This document shows positions 16,477 to 24,000 of a stretch of DNA of 24,000 nucleotides, one piece after another (positions within the stretch are counted from its first letter, which is position 1; each line of letters opens with the position of its first letter). The translations under genes were made by a program, and so were the position numbers. The notes under the pieces were generated by a model, which was given only the letters and a program-made list of their open reading frames with translations, was not told the DNA's origin and made no database searches. The stretch comes from Bacillota bacterium (GTDB lineage: Bacteria > Bacillota > Desulfotomaculia > Desulfotomaculales > Desulfocucumaceae): the NCBI GenBank assembly GCA_049323755.1, contig JBMOPE010000026.1, positions 115,495-139,494 on the forward strand, in the 5' to 3' direction.

Positions 16477-18180
16477 ATGGTTCTTAACCTTTTTATAAAA
16501 GACTTTGGAATTATTGAAAAGACAGATATAGATATGGGTACGGGCTTAAATGTTTTAACCGGGGAAACCGGTTCTGGAAAGTCTATAATAATTGCTGCAC
16601 TGGAAGTAGTTTCAGGAGGAAGAGCATTATCCGAATATATAAGGTCAGGATCTGAGAGGTCAATATTACAGCTGACCGCTGATATAGCCGGCAACTCAAA
16701 AATAAAAGGTTTATTATCTGATAAAGGTATTTCGGAAGATGATAATGGAATTATTGTTTTAACAAGAGAAATAAATATAAGCGGCCGCAGTGTGTGCCGA
16801 ATAAATGGACAGGTTACAACCTTAAATATATATAAAGAGTTTGGACAATATATCATCGATATTCAGGGGCAGCATGAACAGCAATTTTTATTTGTCCCGG
16901 AAAGGCAGCAGTATTTACTTGATGCTTACGGAGGGAATGATCTTTCCAGAATTTCCGATGAATTAATAAAACTATACAGGGAGCACCGTGAAAAAAAACT
17001 ATTGCTTAATGTAATAAAAGAAAAGTACAGAGATTGGGCAAGAAGAAAAGATACTATTAATTATCAGGTCGATGAGATAGACGAAATATTCCCTATTGCA
17101 GGTGAAGATGATGAGCTGCAGATGGAGAGAAGAAAGCTGGTAAACATAGAAAAGCTTTCATCTTTGGTTAATGAAAGTTATAAAAGTCTGCAGGGCGGAG
17201 GTTTGTCCCCATCCCTGACAGATTTGGCCGCATTACTGCTAAAAAACCTGGAGAAGGCTTCGGAATTGGACTCAGCCCTGGAGCCCGTAAAGGATATTAC
17301 CGCATCAGGCTTATACCAGATAGAAGAAGCCTGCAGAGAGCTGGCAGCCTATATAGACAATCTTGAATTTTATCCATCAAGGCTTGAATATATTGAAGAA
17401 AGGCTGGAGAAGATTGAACGGCTTAAGAAGAAATACGGAAACACTATAGAAGAAGTACTGAGCTATAAAGACAGTATTATTCATGAAAGAGATGAATTTG
17501 ACCAGGGTGACATTAAGGCAGAAATTCTGAGCGAAGAATTGTGCGAACTGGACAAAAAGCTTTCCGCGGTTGGTGCCGGATTAACTGAAGAAAGAAAAAA
17601 AGCTTCTCATAAATTGGAAATTAACATAACAAAACAGCTTGAAGACCTTGATATGCCAGGTGCTCAATTTGCAATCAAGTTTACAGAGCTCGACGAAATA
17701 GGAGAGAATGGAAAAGAAAAAATTGAATTTTATATTTCCGTGAACGCGGGTGAACCGTTGAAACCTATGTCCAAAGTAGCCTCAGGAGGAGAAATCTCCA
17801 GGATTCTTCTGGCTATAAAAGGAGTATTGGCGGCATTAGAAGATATTCCTACATTGGTATTTGATGAGATTGATACAGGTATAGGAGGAAGAACCATAAG
17901 ATCGGTGGCTTTCAAGTTATGTGCTTTATCATTAAAAAGACAGGTTATATGTGTTACCCATTCACCAATAGTAGCCAGTATGGCAGATAATCACCTGGCT
18001 ATAGAAAAAACAGGTGCTGGAGGAAGAACGGTAACAAAAGTTTTAAGGCTTATTAATAAAAAAGAAAAAGTGGAAGAAATTGCACGTATGCTTGGGGGAG
18101 ACAGTGAGGCCGCCGTAATCCATGCCAGGCAAATGCTCGAAGAAACTGCCGCCATAAAAAAACAGTATTTTAATCGATGA
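16477..18180 (+). CDS. recN: DNA repair protein RecN
   Basis: 567 aa SMC-like protein. Walker A GETGSGKS, a long coiled-coil middle, signature SGGEISR, and Walker B LVFDEIDTGIGG. It starts 2 nt after argR. Confidence 0.95.
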   Translation: MVLNLFIKDFGIIEKTDIDMGTGLNVLTGETGSGKSIIIAALEVVSGGRALSEYIRSGSERSILQLTADIAGNSKIKGLLSDKGISEDDNGIIVLTREINISGRSVCRINGQVTTLNIYKEFGQYIIDIQGQHEQQFLFVPERQQYLLDAYGGNDLSRISDELIKLYREHREKKLLLNVIKEKYRDWARRKDTINYQVDEIDEIFPIAGEDDELQMERRKLVNIEKLSSLVNESYKSLQGGGLSPSLTDLAALLLKNLEKASELDSALEPVKDITASGLYQIEEACRELAAYIDNLEFYPSRLEYIEERLEKIERLKKKYGNTIEEVLSYKDSIIHERDEFDQGDIKAEILSEELCELDKKLSAVGAGLTEERKKASHKLEINITKQLEDLDMPGAQFAIKFTELDEIGENGKEKIEFYISVNAGEPLKPMSKVASGGEISRILLAIKGVLAALEDIPTLVFDEIDTGIGGRTIRSVAFKLCALSLKRQVICVTHSPIVASMADNHLAIEKTGAGGRTVTKVLRLINKKEKVEEIARMLGGDSEAAVIHARQMLEETAAIKKQYFNR

Positions 18181-18206
18181 GAAAGCTCATCGATTTTTTA
18201 TTTTTG
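18173..18206 (+). terminator. Intrinsic terminator after recN
   Basis: Perfect 9-bp stem ATCGATGAG/CTCATCGAT with an AAAG loop, overlapping the TGA stop, then TTTTTTATTTTT. Confidence 0.85.
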
Positions 18207-18370
18207 AAATTATTACATAAATAAAATTCATCATTAAAACATTGAACTTGGAAAAGTAATGAATATTTACACAGAATAAATCGTTTCTTATTTGGTAATC
18301 TTAAAGTTATAATTAAATATTATTATGTTTCTTTAAAAATTGTGGAGGTGATAGAAAAGGAGGTGTTTCG

Positions 18371-19657
18371 TTGGAAAAACCCAACCCATATACGATACCG
18401 ACATACACTTTTTTGTTTTCTTGCTTTTTAATCCTATGTGGGCTGGCATATTTCAAAACAATCCTTTCATTTGTTGGTGAATTAAATGTTAATGCGGGTG
18501 ATCCAGTAAGAATCACAATGTTTAATAATAAGACTATGGACCACTTTACCCTTGATATATTAGATGAAAAAGGCAATAAAATTTACGAATCGAAAAATTC
18601 TCCACAGGGAAAGTTCTATGTTCAGCTAAAAGCACTGGGTATTCTTCCTATGCACAGAATTGCGGTAAATGTTGTAGCACCGGTTAAGCTGATTCCCGGT
18701 GGACAATCATTAGGAATTATGATGCATTCAAAAGGGGTTATGGTAGTAGGTATGTCAGATATTGTTGACAAAACCGGAAACAGGGTAAACCCCGCTGAAG
18801 AAGCAGGCATAAAAATTGGTGACCTGATATTGTCAGTCAATGGCAAGAAAATAGTAAATGAGTTTCAGTTAAAGAATGAATTATCCTTAAATGGTTATAA
18901 TGAGAAAATTACACTGGAATTAAAAAGAGGGCAAAGAGTAATAAAACTAAAAGTAAAGGCCGCAATCTGCAGTGAAACAAATCGCCCCAGAATTGGTTTG
19001 TTTGTAAGAGATACCGCATCCGGCGTTGGAACACTTAGCTTTTATCATCCTGAAACAGGAACATATGGTGCACTGGGACATATTATTTCAGATATAGACA
19101 CAGCTAAGGGCATAGATTTAAGCGATGGAAAAATAGCAGAGGCACATATTAGGGCAATACACAGGGGAAGAAAGGGGAACCCTGGAGAAAAAATAGGGAT
19201 GATTGTGGAAGACGGCAGCATAACAGGAACTATAGAAAGAAATACCAAATACGGCATTTTTGGTAAAATTGATACCCTCCCTGAGAACCCATTCTTTAAA
19301 GATTCTATCCCTGTAGCTATGAGTCATGAAATTACAAAAGGTCCTGCAGAAGTGTATACTGTAATAGAAGGCACTACTATTAATAAATATAAAATTGAGA
19401 TTCAGGAAGTATTCTACCCCTGGAACAGCAGTGGAAAAGGTATGATAATAAAAGTAACGGATCCGGAACTTATTGCAAGTAGCGGGGGTATAATCCAGGG
19501 GATGAGCGGGAGTCCAATTATACAAAATGGAAAAATTGCCGGGGTAGTTACACATGTTTTTATAAACGACCCTCAAAGGGGCTATGGAATTCCAGTAGAA
19601 TGGATGTTAAAAGAAATTGGAATTCTAAATGACAAATCTCAACAAAAAGCATCATAA
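18371..19657 (+). CDS. spoIVB: Stage IV sporulation protein B (SpoIVB peptidase, S55)
   Basis: N-terminal TM segment, a PDZ region (GIKIGDLILSVNGKKI), and a protease domain with the GALGH and GMSGSPI serine motifs. TTG start behind AAAGGAGGTG. Same position as in B. subtilis (recN-spoIVB-spo0A). Confidence 0.9.
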   Translation: MEKPNPYTIPTYTFLFSCFLILCGLAYFKTILSFVGELNVNAGDPVRITMFNNKTMDHFTLDILDEKGNKIYESKNSPQGKFYVQLKALGILPMHRIAVNVVAPVKLIPGGQSLGIMMHSKGVMVVGMSDIVDKTGNRVNPAEEAGIKIGDLILSVNGKKIVNEFQLKNELSLNGYNEKITLELKRGQRVIKLKVKAAICSETNRPRIGLFVRDTASGVGTLSFYHPETGTYGALGHIISDIDTAKGIDLSDGKIAEAHIRAIHRGRKGNPGEKIGMIVEDGSITGTIERNTKYGIFGKIDTLPENPFFKDSIPVAMSHEITKGPAEVYTVIEGTTINKYKIEIQEVFYPWNSSGKGMIIKVTDPELIASSGGIIQGMSGSPIIQNGKIAGVVTHVFINDPQRGYGIPVEWMLKEIGILNDKSQQKAS

Positions 19658-19658
19658 T

Positions 19659-19687
19659 ATGAGGGCATTGTTCCTCATTTTTTTATA
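19659..19687 (+). terminator. Probable intrinsic terminator after spoIVB
   Basis: Stem ATGAGG/CCTCAT with an 8-nt loop, followed by a TTTTTTTAT run. Confidence 0.6.
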
Positions 19688-19827
19688 TCTAAATTAAAAC
19701 ATTTGAACGCTGTTCATAAAAAAGTTAATCAAAAATCTTTGTATTATAAAAATATAGAAAGTATAGATTAAGATAAAAATACCGTAAAAAAACAAATAAT
19801 TAGTCATAACTTGATCCAAAAAACATT

Positions 19828-19856
19828 GAAGGAAATCTTTGGTGACCGTCGAATGT
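19828..19856 (+). promoter_or_regulatory. Candidate sigma-H-type promoter of spo0A with an overlapping 0A-box-like heptamer
   Basis: GAAGGAAAT, 11 nt, then GTCGAATGT fits the published B. subtilis sigma-H pattern RNAGGAWWW-(11-12)-RNNGAATWW at all but one position. CGTCGAA (19847-19853) matches the 0A box TGNCGAA at 6/7. It sits about 60 nt upstream of the spo0A ATG. Confidence 0.5.
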
Positions 19857-19915
19857 AATACTTGTAATTATAAAATAAAATTAGAAAAAGAATATATTTA
19901 GGAGGCGGGAATAAA

Positions 19916-20686
19916 ATGATGCGTAAGGCTATTAAAATTGTCATTGCTGATGATAACAGGGAGTTTTGTGAATTATTGAAGGAATTTATTAGCCAACAGG
20001 AGGATTTAATGTTGGTGGGCATCGCCAATAATGGAATAGAAGCGTTAGAAATGATCGAGAAACATAGCCCTGACATTATAGTTTTGGATATTATAATGCC
20101 TCATCTTGACGGTATTGGAGTGCTTGAAAAACTAGCCACCGGGTACATTGCAAACAGGCCCAGGGTGATAATGCTGACTGCCTTTGGTCAGGAGACTGTA
20201 ACACAAAGGGCGGTTGAATTGGGTGCTGACTATTACATATTAAAGCCTTTTGATTTTTCTGTACTAGCCTCGAGAATAAGACAGTTATCCGAGGGGATTA
20301 ATCCCAGTCAGTACATTTCTGCTGTTAAACCAAAGAACCTTGATGTTGCTGTAACCAATATAATTCATGAAATGGGAGTTCCTGCTCATATAAAAGGTTA
20401 CCATTATCTAAGAGATGCAATTCTAATGGTTATAAATGAAATTAACCTTCTGGGTGCGGTTACAAAGGAACTTTATCCAATGATTGCTCAGAAATACCAG
20501 ACAACTCCCAGCAGGGTAGAGAGGGCAATAAGACATGCTATTGAGCTGGCCTGGGACCGTGGTAATGTTGAAATGATGACAAAATTCTTCGGCTACACCA
20601 TTAACCTGGAACGTGGGAAGCCCACCAACTCGGAATTTATAGCAATGGTGGCAGACAAGCTCCGGATAGAAACAAAAGTTAGCTAA
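19916..20686 (+). CDS. spo0A: Sporulation master response regulator Spo0A
   Basis: Receiver domain ([11 protein letters not shown]...[12 protein letters not shown]) and the Spo0A-specific C-terminal DNA-binding domain ([21 protein letters not shown] and [14 protein letters not shown]). SD GGAGG is 10 nt upstream. Confidence 0.97.
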   Translation: MMRKAIKIVIADDNREFCELLKEFISQQEDLMLVGIANNGIEALEMIEKHSPDIIVLDIIMPHLDGIGVLEKLATGYIANRPRVIMLTAFGQETVTQRAVELGADYYILKPFDFSVLASRIRQLSEGINPSQYISAVKPKNLDVAVTNIIHEMGVPAHIKGYHYLRDAILMVINEINLLGAVTKELYPMIAQKYQTTPSRVERAIRHAIELAWDRGNVEMMTKFFGYTINLERGKPTNSEFIAMVADKLRIETKVS

Positions 20687-20712
20687 ACATTTAACAAAAG
20701 AAATCATTTATA

Positions 20713-20750
20713 AACACCGAAAATAATCGGTGTTTTTTATTTTTTATTTT
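20713..20750 (+). terminator. Intrinsic terminator after spo0A
   Basis: Stem AACACCGA/TCGGTGTT with an AAATAA loop, then TTTTTATTTTTTATTTTTT. Confidence 0.85.
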
Positions 20751-20802
20751 TTCAGGACTTGGAATATTTTGACTAGCTTTTTTAAAAAATAATACTGAAA
20801 AA

Positions 20803-21942
20803 TTGTTTGGAGTGTTAAAAATCAATATAAAAGGAACTGCAAAGGTTGACCATATTACCAAAAATCTAGTAAAACGTCTTAACCCGGGCGATATTGCTGT
20901 TATAGATCATGCAGAGCTGGATGACGTGGCAGCACATTCTCTTGTCGAAGCCAGGGTAAGAGCTGTAATTAACGCTATGCCTTCACTTAGCTTTCGGTAT
21001 CCCAATATGGGACCGCTCACTATAGTTTCCTCCGGCATAACCCTGGTAGACAATGCCGGTAATGATCTAATGAAACAAATCTCTGATGGTCAGGCGATAG
21101 AGATAACCGGGGGAAGGATAATTTCTAATGGGAGGATTATAGGAGAGGGGAAAATACTTTCCAGAAAAGACATAATAAAGGGCATGGACGGGCTAAAACA
21201 AAATATGCGGGAACTATTATGCGATTTTGTTTCCAATACCCTTGACCATGCCAGAAATGAACTTGGGCTAATTACCGGGGATTACAATATACCCGAAGTT
21301 GAAACCAATATAAAGGGGCGGCACGTGCTTATAGTTGTTAGGGGTCACAGCTACAAGGAAGACCTCGACGCAGTAAAACCCTATATAGAAGAAATGAAGC
21401 CTCTCCTTATGGCAGTGGACGGTGGCGCAGATGCACTTCTGGAGCTTGGTCATAATCCGGATTTAATTGTTGGCGATATGGACAGCGTTTCAGACAGGGC
21501 GCTCTGCAGTGGCTCAGAGCTTGTGGCTCACGCATATAAAAACGGCGCTTCACCAGGTCTGGAGAGGATCAAAAAATTAGGCCTTGCTGCAAAGGTATTT
21601 GCCGCACCGGGCACAAGTGAAGATATAGCCCTTTTGCTGGCCTATGAAAAAGGTGCCGACTTAATAGTTATGCTTGGCTCACATTCAAATATAATAGACT
21701 TCCTGGAAAAAGGAAGAAGGGGTATGGCAAGCACATTTCTTGTAAGAATGATGGTTGGACCAAAGCTGGTTGATGCTAAAGGAGTAAGCAAGCTTTATAA
21801 AAATCGAATAAAAGCAAAGCACATTCTGCAGCTTTTGCTGGCGGCAATGCTTCCTGCAGCTCTGGTAATGTTCTTCTCTCCCATCATGAAAGAAATATTA
21901 AAGCTATTGTACCTGCAGTTTAAAATAATTTTGGGGATATAG
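20803..21942 (+). CDS. steA: SteA-like protein (N-terminal domain plus thiamine-pyrophosphokinase-like domain and a C-terminal TM helix)
   Basis: 379 aa with KNLVKRLNPGDIAVIDHAELDDVAA, the TPK-like motif VDGGADALL...LIVGDMDSV, and a C-terminal hydrophobic helix (ILQLLLAAMLPAALVMFF). It resembles actinobacterial SteA/Rv1697 as I recall them. The TTG start has no visible SD, so the start is uncertain. Confidence 0.65.
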   Translation: MFGVLKINIKGTAKVDHITKNLVKRLNPGDIAVIDHAELDDVAAHSLVEARVRAVINAMPSLSFRYPNMGPLTIVSSGITLVDNAGNDLMKQISDGQAIEITGGRIISNGRIIGEGKILSRKDIIKGMDGLKQNMRELLCDFVSNTLDHARNELGLITGDYNIPEVETNIKGRHVLIVVRGHSYKEDLDAVKPYIEEMKPLLMAVDGGADALLELGHNPDLIVGDMDSVSDRALCSGSELVAHAYKNGASPGLERIKKLGLAAKVFAAPGTSEDIALLLAYEKGADLIVMLGSHSNIIDFLEKGRRGMASTFLVRMMVGPKLVDAKGVSKLYKNRIKAKHILQLLLAAMLPAALVMFFSPIMKEILKLLYLQFKIILGI

Positions 21943-21977
21943 TAAAAGAATGAGCTATTCTTAGGATGTGAAATCAT

Positions 21978-22862
21978 TTGTATTTGAATCTTAAATATCA
22001 TATTGCTTCCCTGGTGGCGGTATTTCTTGCCATGGGTCTGGGAATCTTAATCGGAAGTGCTTTGCCCGGTGATGATGTGCTGGCGGTTCACCAGCAGCAA
22101 TTAGCCGGAAAACTTGAAGCAAAGATGTATACGCTAAGCCAAAAAAATAATTCTCTCCAATCAAAAGTAAATCTATTAGAAACAGAAAATAATATAAAAT
22201 CACAATTTGAAAATCAGGTGCTTCCCGCTCTTGTATTTCAAAAACTAAAGGGGCGAAGCATATCTATTATAGCTACATCTGGAAATGACATGACTGAGGG
22301 GCTGTTAAAAACCTTAACACTGGCCGGTGCGGAAGTAAAATCTATTAATTTACTAAATTTCAGTGCTGTCAGGGACGAGGATGAATTGCTCAAAATACTA
22401 AATTGGCCCAGTGAAGACAAAACTAAAATAATTGAAAAGCTATCCCACGAGGTGTCAAAGAGTATTGTTGAAGGACACACTGAGAATATTAAAAAATTGG
22501 AAGACGAAAACATTGTAAAGGTGAACGGCTATTACGGAGTATATCTAAGTGATGTGATACTTTTAGGGGGAAGCCATGAAAAGGGTAATCAAAAAGCAAG
22601 AAAGATAGACTCCAGCATAGCAAAATATTTTAAAGAAAGAGGTATCAATGTGTATGGAATTGAGGAAAGTGGAGTATTTTATTCCTACATGAATGAATAT
22701 CAGAAAATGGGACTAACCACTGTCGACAACATTGACACAATAGCGGGACAGGTCGCTCTGGTATATGCAATTTCAGGAAAACCAGGACATTATGGTATTA
22801 AGCCTACCGCAAAAAGACTGCTGCCAGTTATGGATTATGGAGTTGAGGTCATTGTCAGATAA
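21978..22862 (+). CDS. MctB/SteB-like ('copper transporter' family, DUF3186) membrane-anchored protein
   Basis: N-terminus LKYHIASLVAVFLAMGLGILIGSAL, then a coiled-coil-like stretch (LQSKVNLLETENNIKSQFENQ) and a soluble domain. It sits directly after the steA-like gene, as in actinobacteria. TTG start (21978 or 21984). Confidence 0.5.
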   Translation: MYLNLKYHIASLVAVFLAMGLGILIGSALPGDDVLAVHQQQLAGKLEAKMYTLSQKNNSLQSKVNLLETENNIKSQFENQVLPALVFQKLKGRSISIIATSGNDMTEGLLKTLTLAGAEVKSINLLNFSAVRDEDELLKILNWPSEDKTKIIEKLSHEVSKSIVEGHTENIKKLEDENIVKVNGYYGVYLSDVILLGGSHEKGNQKARKIDSSIAKYFKERGINVYGIEESGVFYSYMNEYQKMGLTTVDNIDTIAGQVALVYAISGKPGHYGIKPTAKRLLPVMDYGVEVIVR

Positions 22863-23541
22863 CCCTGTTTCAATAATAATACCCGCTTACAACGAGGAAA
22901 ATTATATTGGCGACACCATAAGTTATGCATTCAAAATTCCAGGGGTTGAACAAATACTTGTTATTGATGACGGGTCCTCGGATAATACACCTGAAATTGC
23001 GGTAAACAGCGGTGCCCAGGTTATTCTTACCGGTAAAAATAGGGGTAAGGGCGAAGCTATAAACACCGGTGCCCGGTACATAGAAGGTAATGTTGTTTTA
23101 ATACTTGACGCTGACATCGGAAAAAGTGCCGCGGAAGCAGAAAATCTTGTTTTACCTGTTATAAAAGGCGAAGCGGATATGACTGTGGCAATATTTCCTG
23201 AAGCAAATAAAAAAAATGGCTTTGGACTTGTAAAAGGGCTGGCAAGGAAGGGGATTCAATATTTTACCGGTCATCCTGTAATGTCTCCTCTTTCCGGCCA
23301 AAGAGCGATGTCTGTAAAATTGTTTAAAAACCTTGTACCCCTGGCCAGTGGCTATGGGGTTGAGGTAGATCTGACCATAAGGGCATTAAGTAGCGGGTAT
23401 AGGATTATAGAAATTCCGGTTATTATGTCTCACAGGGAAACAGGCCGCGATCTTAAAGGAATAATCCACCGTGGAAAACAGTTTATCCATGTGGCAAGGA
23501 CATTGGCTGAACTTAAACTGATGGGGTATGGCAGTGCTTAA
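22837..23541 (+). CDS. Family 2 glycosyltransferase
   Basis: VSIIIPAYNEE, VIDDGSSDNT and the LILDADIG (DxD-type) motif. The ORF-track start at 22765 lies deep inside the previous gene. ATG 22837 leaves a 26-nt overlap. The start is uncertain because no clear SD is present. Confidence 0.75.
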   Translation: MELRSLSDNPVSIIIPAYNEENYIGDTISYAFKIPGVEQILVIDDGSSDNTPEIAVNSGAQVILTGKNRGKGEAINTGARYIEGNVVLILDADIGKSAAEAENLVLPVIKGEADMTVAIFPEANKKNGFGLVKGLARKGIQYFTGHPVMSPLSGQRAMSVKLFKNLVPLASGYGVEVDLTIRALSSGYRIIEIPVIMSHRETGRDLKGIIHRGKQFIHVARTLAELKLMGYGSA

Positions 23542-24000
23542 TTATCCTTTTGAAAATAATATAAATATGCTATTATTATTTTTTTTGGCGGGTCTGGCAG
23601 CCGGATGGATAATTAAAGATGGGGTAATGGATATAATAGCGGGAGCCGGCTTTCAAAAACAAAACTATCAGGGAGAAAAAATACCGGTTGGCGCAGGTGT
23701 GCTTGTACTTCTTGGAAGCATTCCTGTTTTAACATTTTCCATTTTCATATTCCCTGTTGAACTAAAGCAAAAGGCAACGGCTTTTATGTTTGCTCTTTCA
23801 ATTTATACCTGTATGGGACTGATGGATGACTATTGGGGCAGTCCTGTATTTAGAGGAATTAAGGGACATTTGAAGAGTCTTCTGTCAGGAAAGCCCACAA
23901 CCGGATCAGTAAAAGCAATCGCCGGTGGGTTGGCGGCACTGTTTGTTGCAATTATAAGTTTTAACCCCGGAGAAAGTTTGTTTTTAATTGTGATAAACAC
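23528..24000 (+). CDS. MraY/WecA-like (GT4) polyprenyl-phosphate sugar-1-phosphate transferase, 3'-truncated by the window end
   Basis: Not in the ORF track. My own translation from ATG 23528 is open for 473 nt to the window end. It gives MAVLNYPFENNINMLLLFFLAGLAAGW...MGLMDDYWGSPVFRGIKGHLKSLLSGKPTTGSVKAIAGG. There are several TM helices and a G(L/F)xDDY motif like MraY GFLDDY. It overlaps the GT2 end by 14 nt. Confidence 0.55.
   Translation, partial: MAVLNYPFENNINMLLLFFLAGLAAGWIIKDGVMDIIAGAGFQKQNYQGEKIPVGAGVLVLLGSIPVLTFSIFIFPVELKQKATAFMFALSIYTCMGLMDDYWGSPVFRGIKGHLKSLLSGKPTTGSVKAIAGGLAALFVAIISFNPGESLFLIVIN

Noticed and set aside
18207-18370. Search for sigma-F/sigma-G promoter elements upstream of spoIVB
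   Set aside because: The region is very AT-rich and gives only partial, ambiguous matches (for example TGAATA at 18260 and GGTAATCTTA at 18294) with wrong spacing. None is strong enough to report as a feature.
19118-19576. 152-aa minus-strand ORF opposite spoIVB
   Set aside because: It is antisense to the protease domain of spoIVB. The product is Tyr/Phe/Asn-rich low complexity with no SD.
16000-24000. The second half of the window looks more AT-rich than the first, raising the possibility of a foreign island
   Set aside because: The genes involved (recN, spoIVB, spo0A) are core and syntenic with B. subtilis. My evidence is only spot counts of single lines. The difference is more likely expression or codon-usage heterogeneity than horizontal transfer.

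Overview
All supported genes are on the + strand. The window reads as a conserved core chromosomal region of an endospore-forming, probably anaerobic Firmicute (Clostridia-like; this is inference from spoIVB and spo0A plus an NfnAB-type pair). The gene order matches the known Bacillus subtilis block: accB-accC-asp23(yqhY)-nusB-folD-xseA-xseB-ispA-dxs-tlyA(yqxC)-argR(ahrC)-recN-spoIVB-spo0A. Relative to that block there are several lineage-specific additions: amaP plus a DUF2273 gene, nfnAB, a TIGR01212 radical SAM gene that splits xseA from xseB, a small 4-TM protein, nadK, and a YtqB/MnmM-type methyltransferase. Downstream of spo0A is a tightly packed four-gene module. It comprises a SteA-like protein, an MctB/SteB-like membrane protein, a GT2 glycosyltransferase and an MraY/WecA-like GT4 that runs off the window and is absent from the ORF track. 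I found no rRNA, tRNA, CRISPR array, transposase, phage, toxin-antitoxin or recognisable defence gene. The two observations most worth follow-up are these. First, a roughly 155-bp element is present twice (1961-2119 and 14322-14473), with inverted arms each built from three tandem 9-bp CACAGAG units. Second, the function of the steA-led envelope-type module in Firmicutes is uncharacterised. Several ORF-track starts look too far upstream (accB, nfnB, xseA, nadK, argR, GT2) and were trimmed using Shine-Dalgarno spacing. No claim rests on database searches, which I cannot run.
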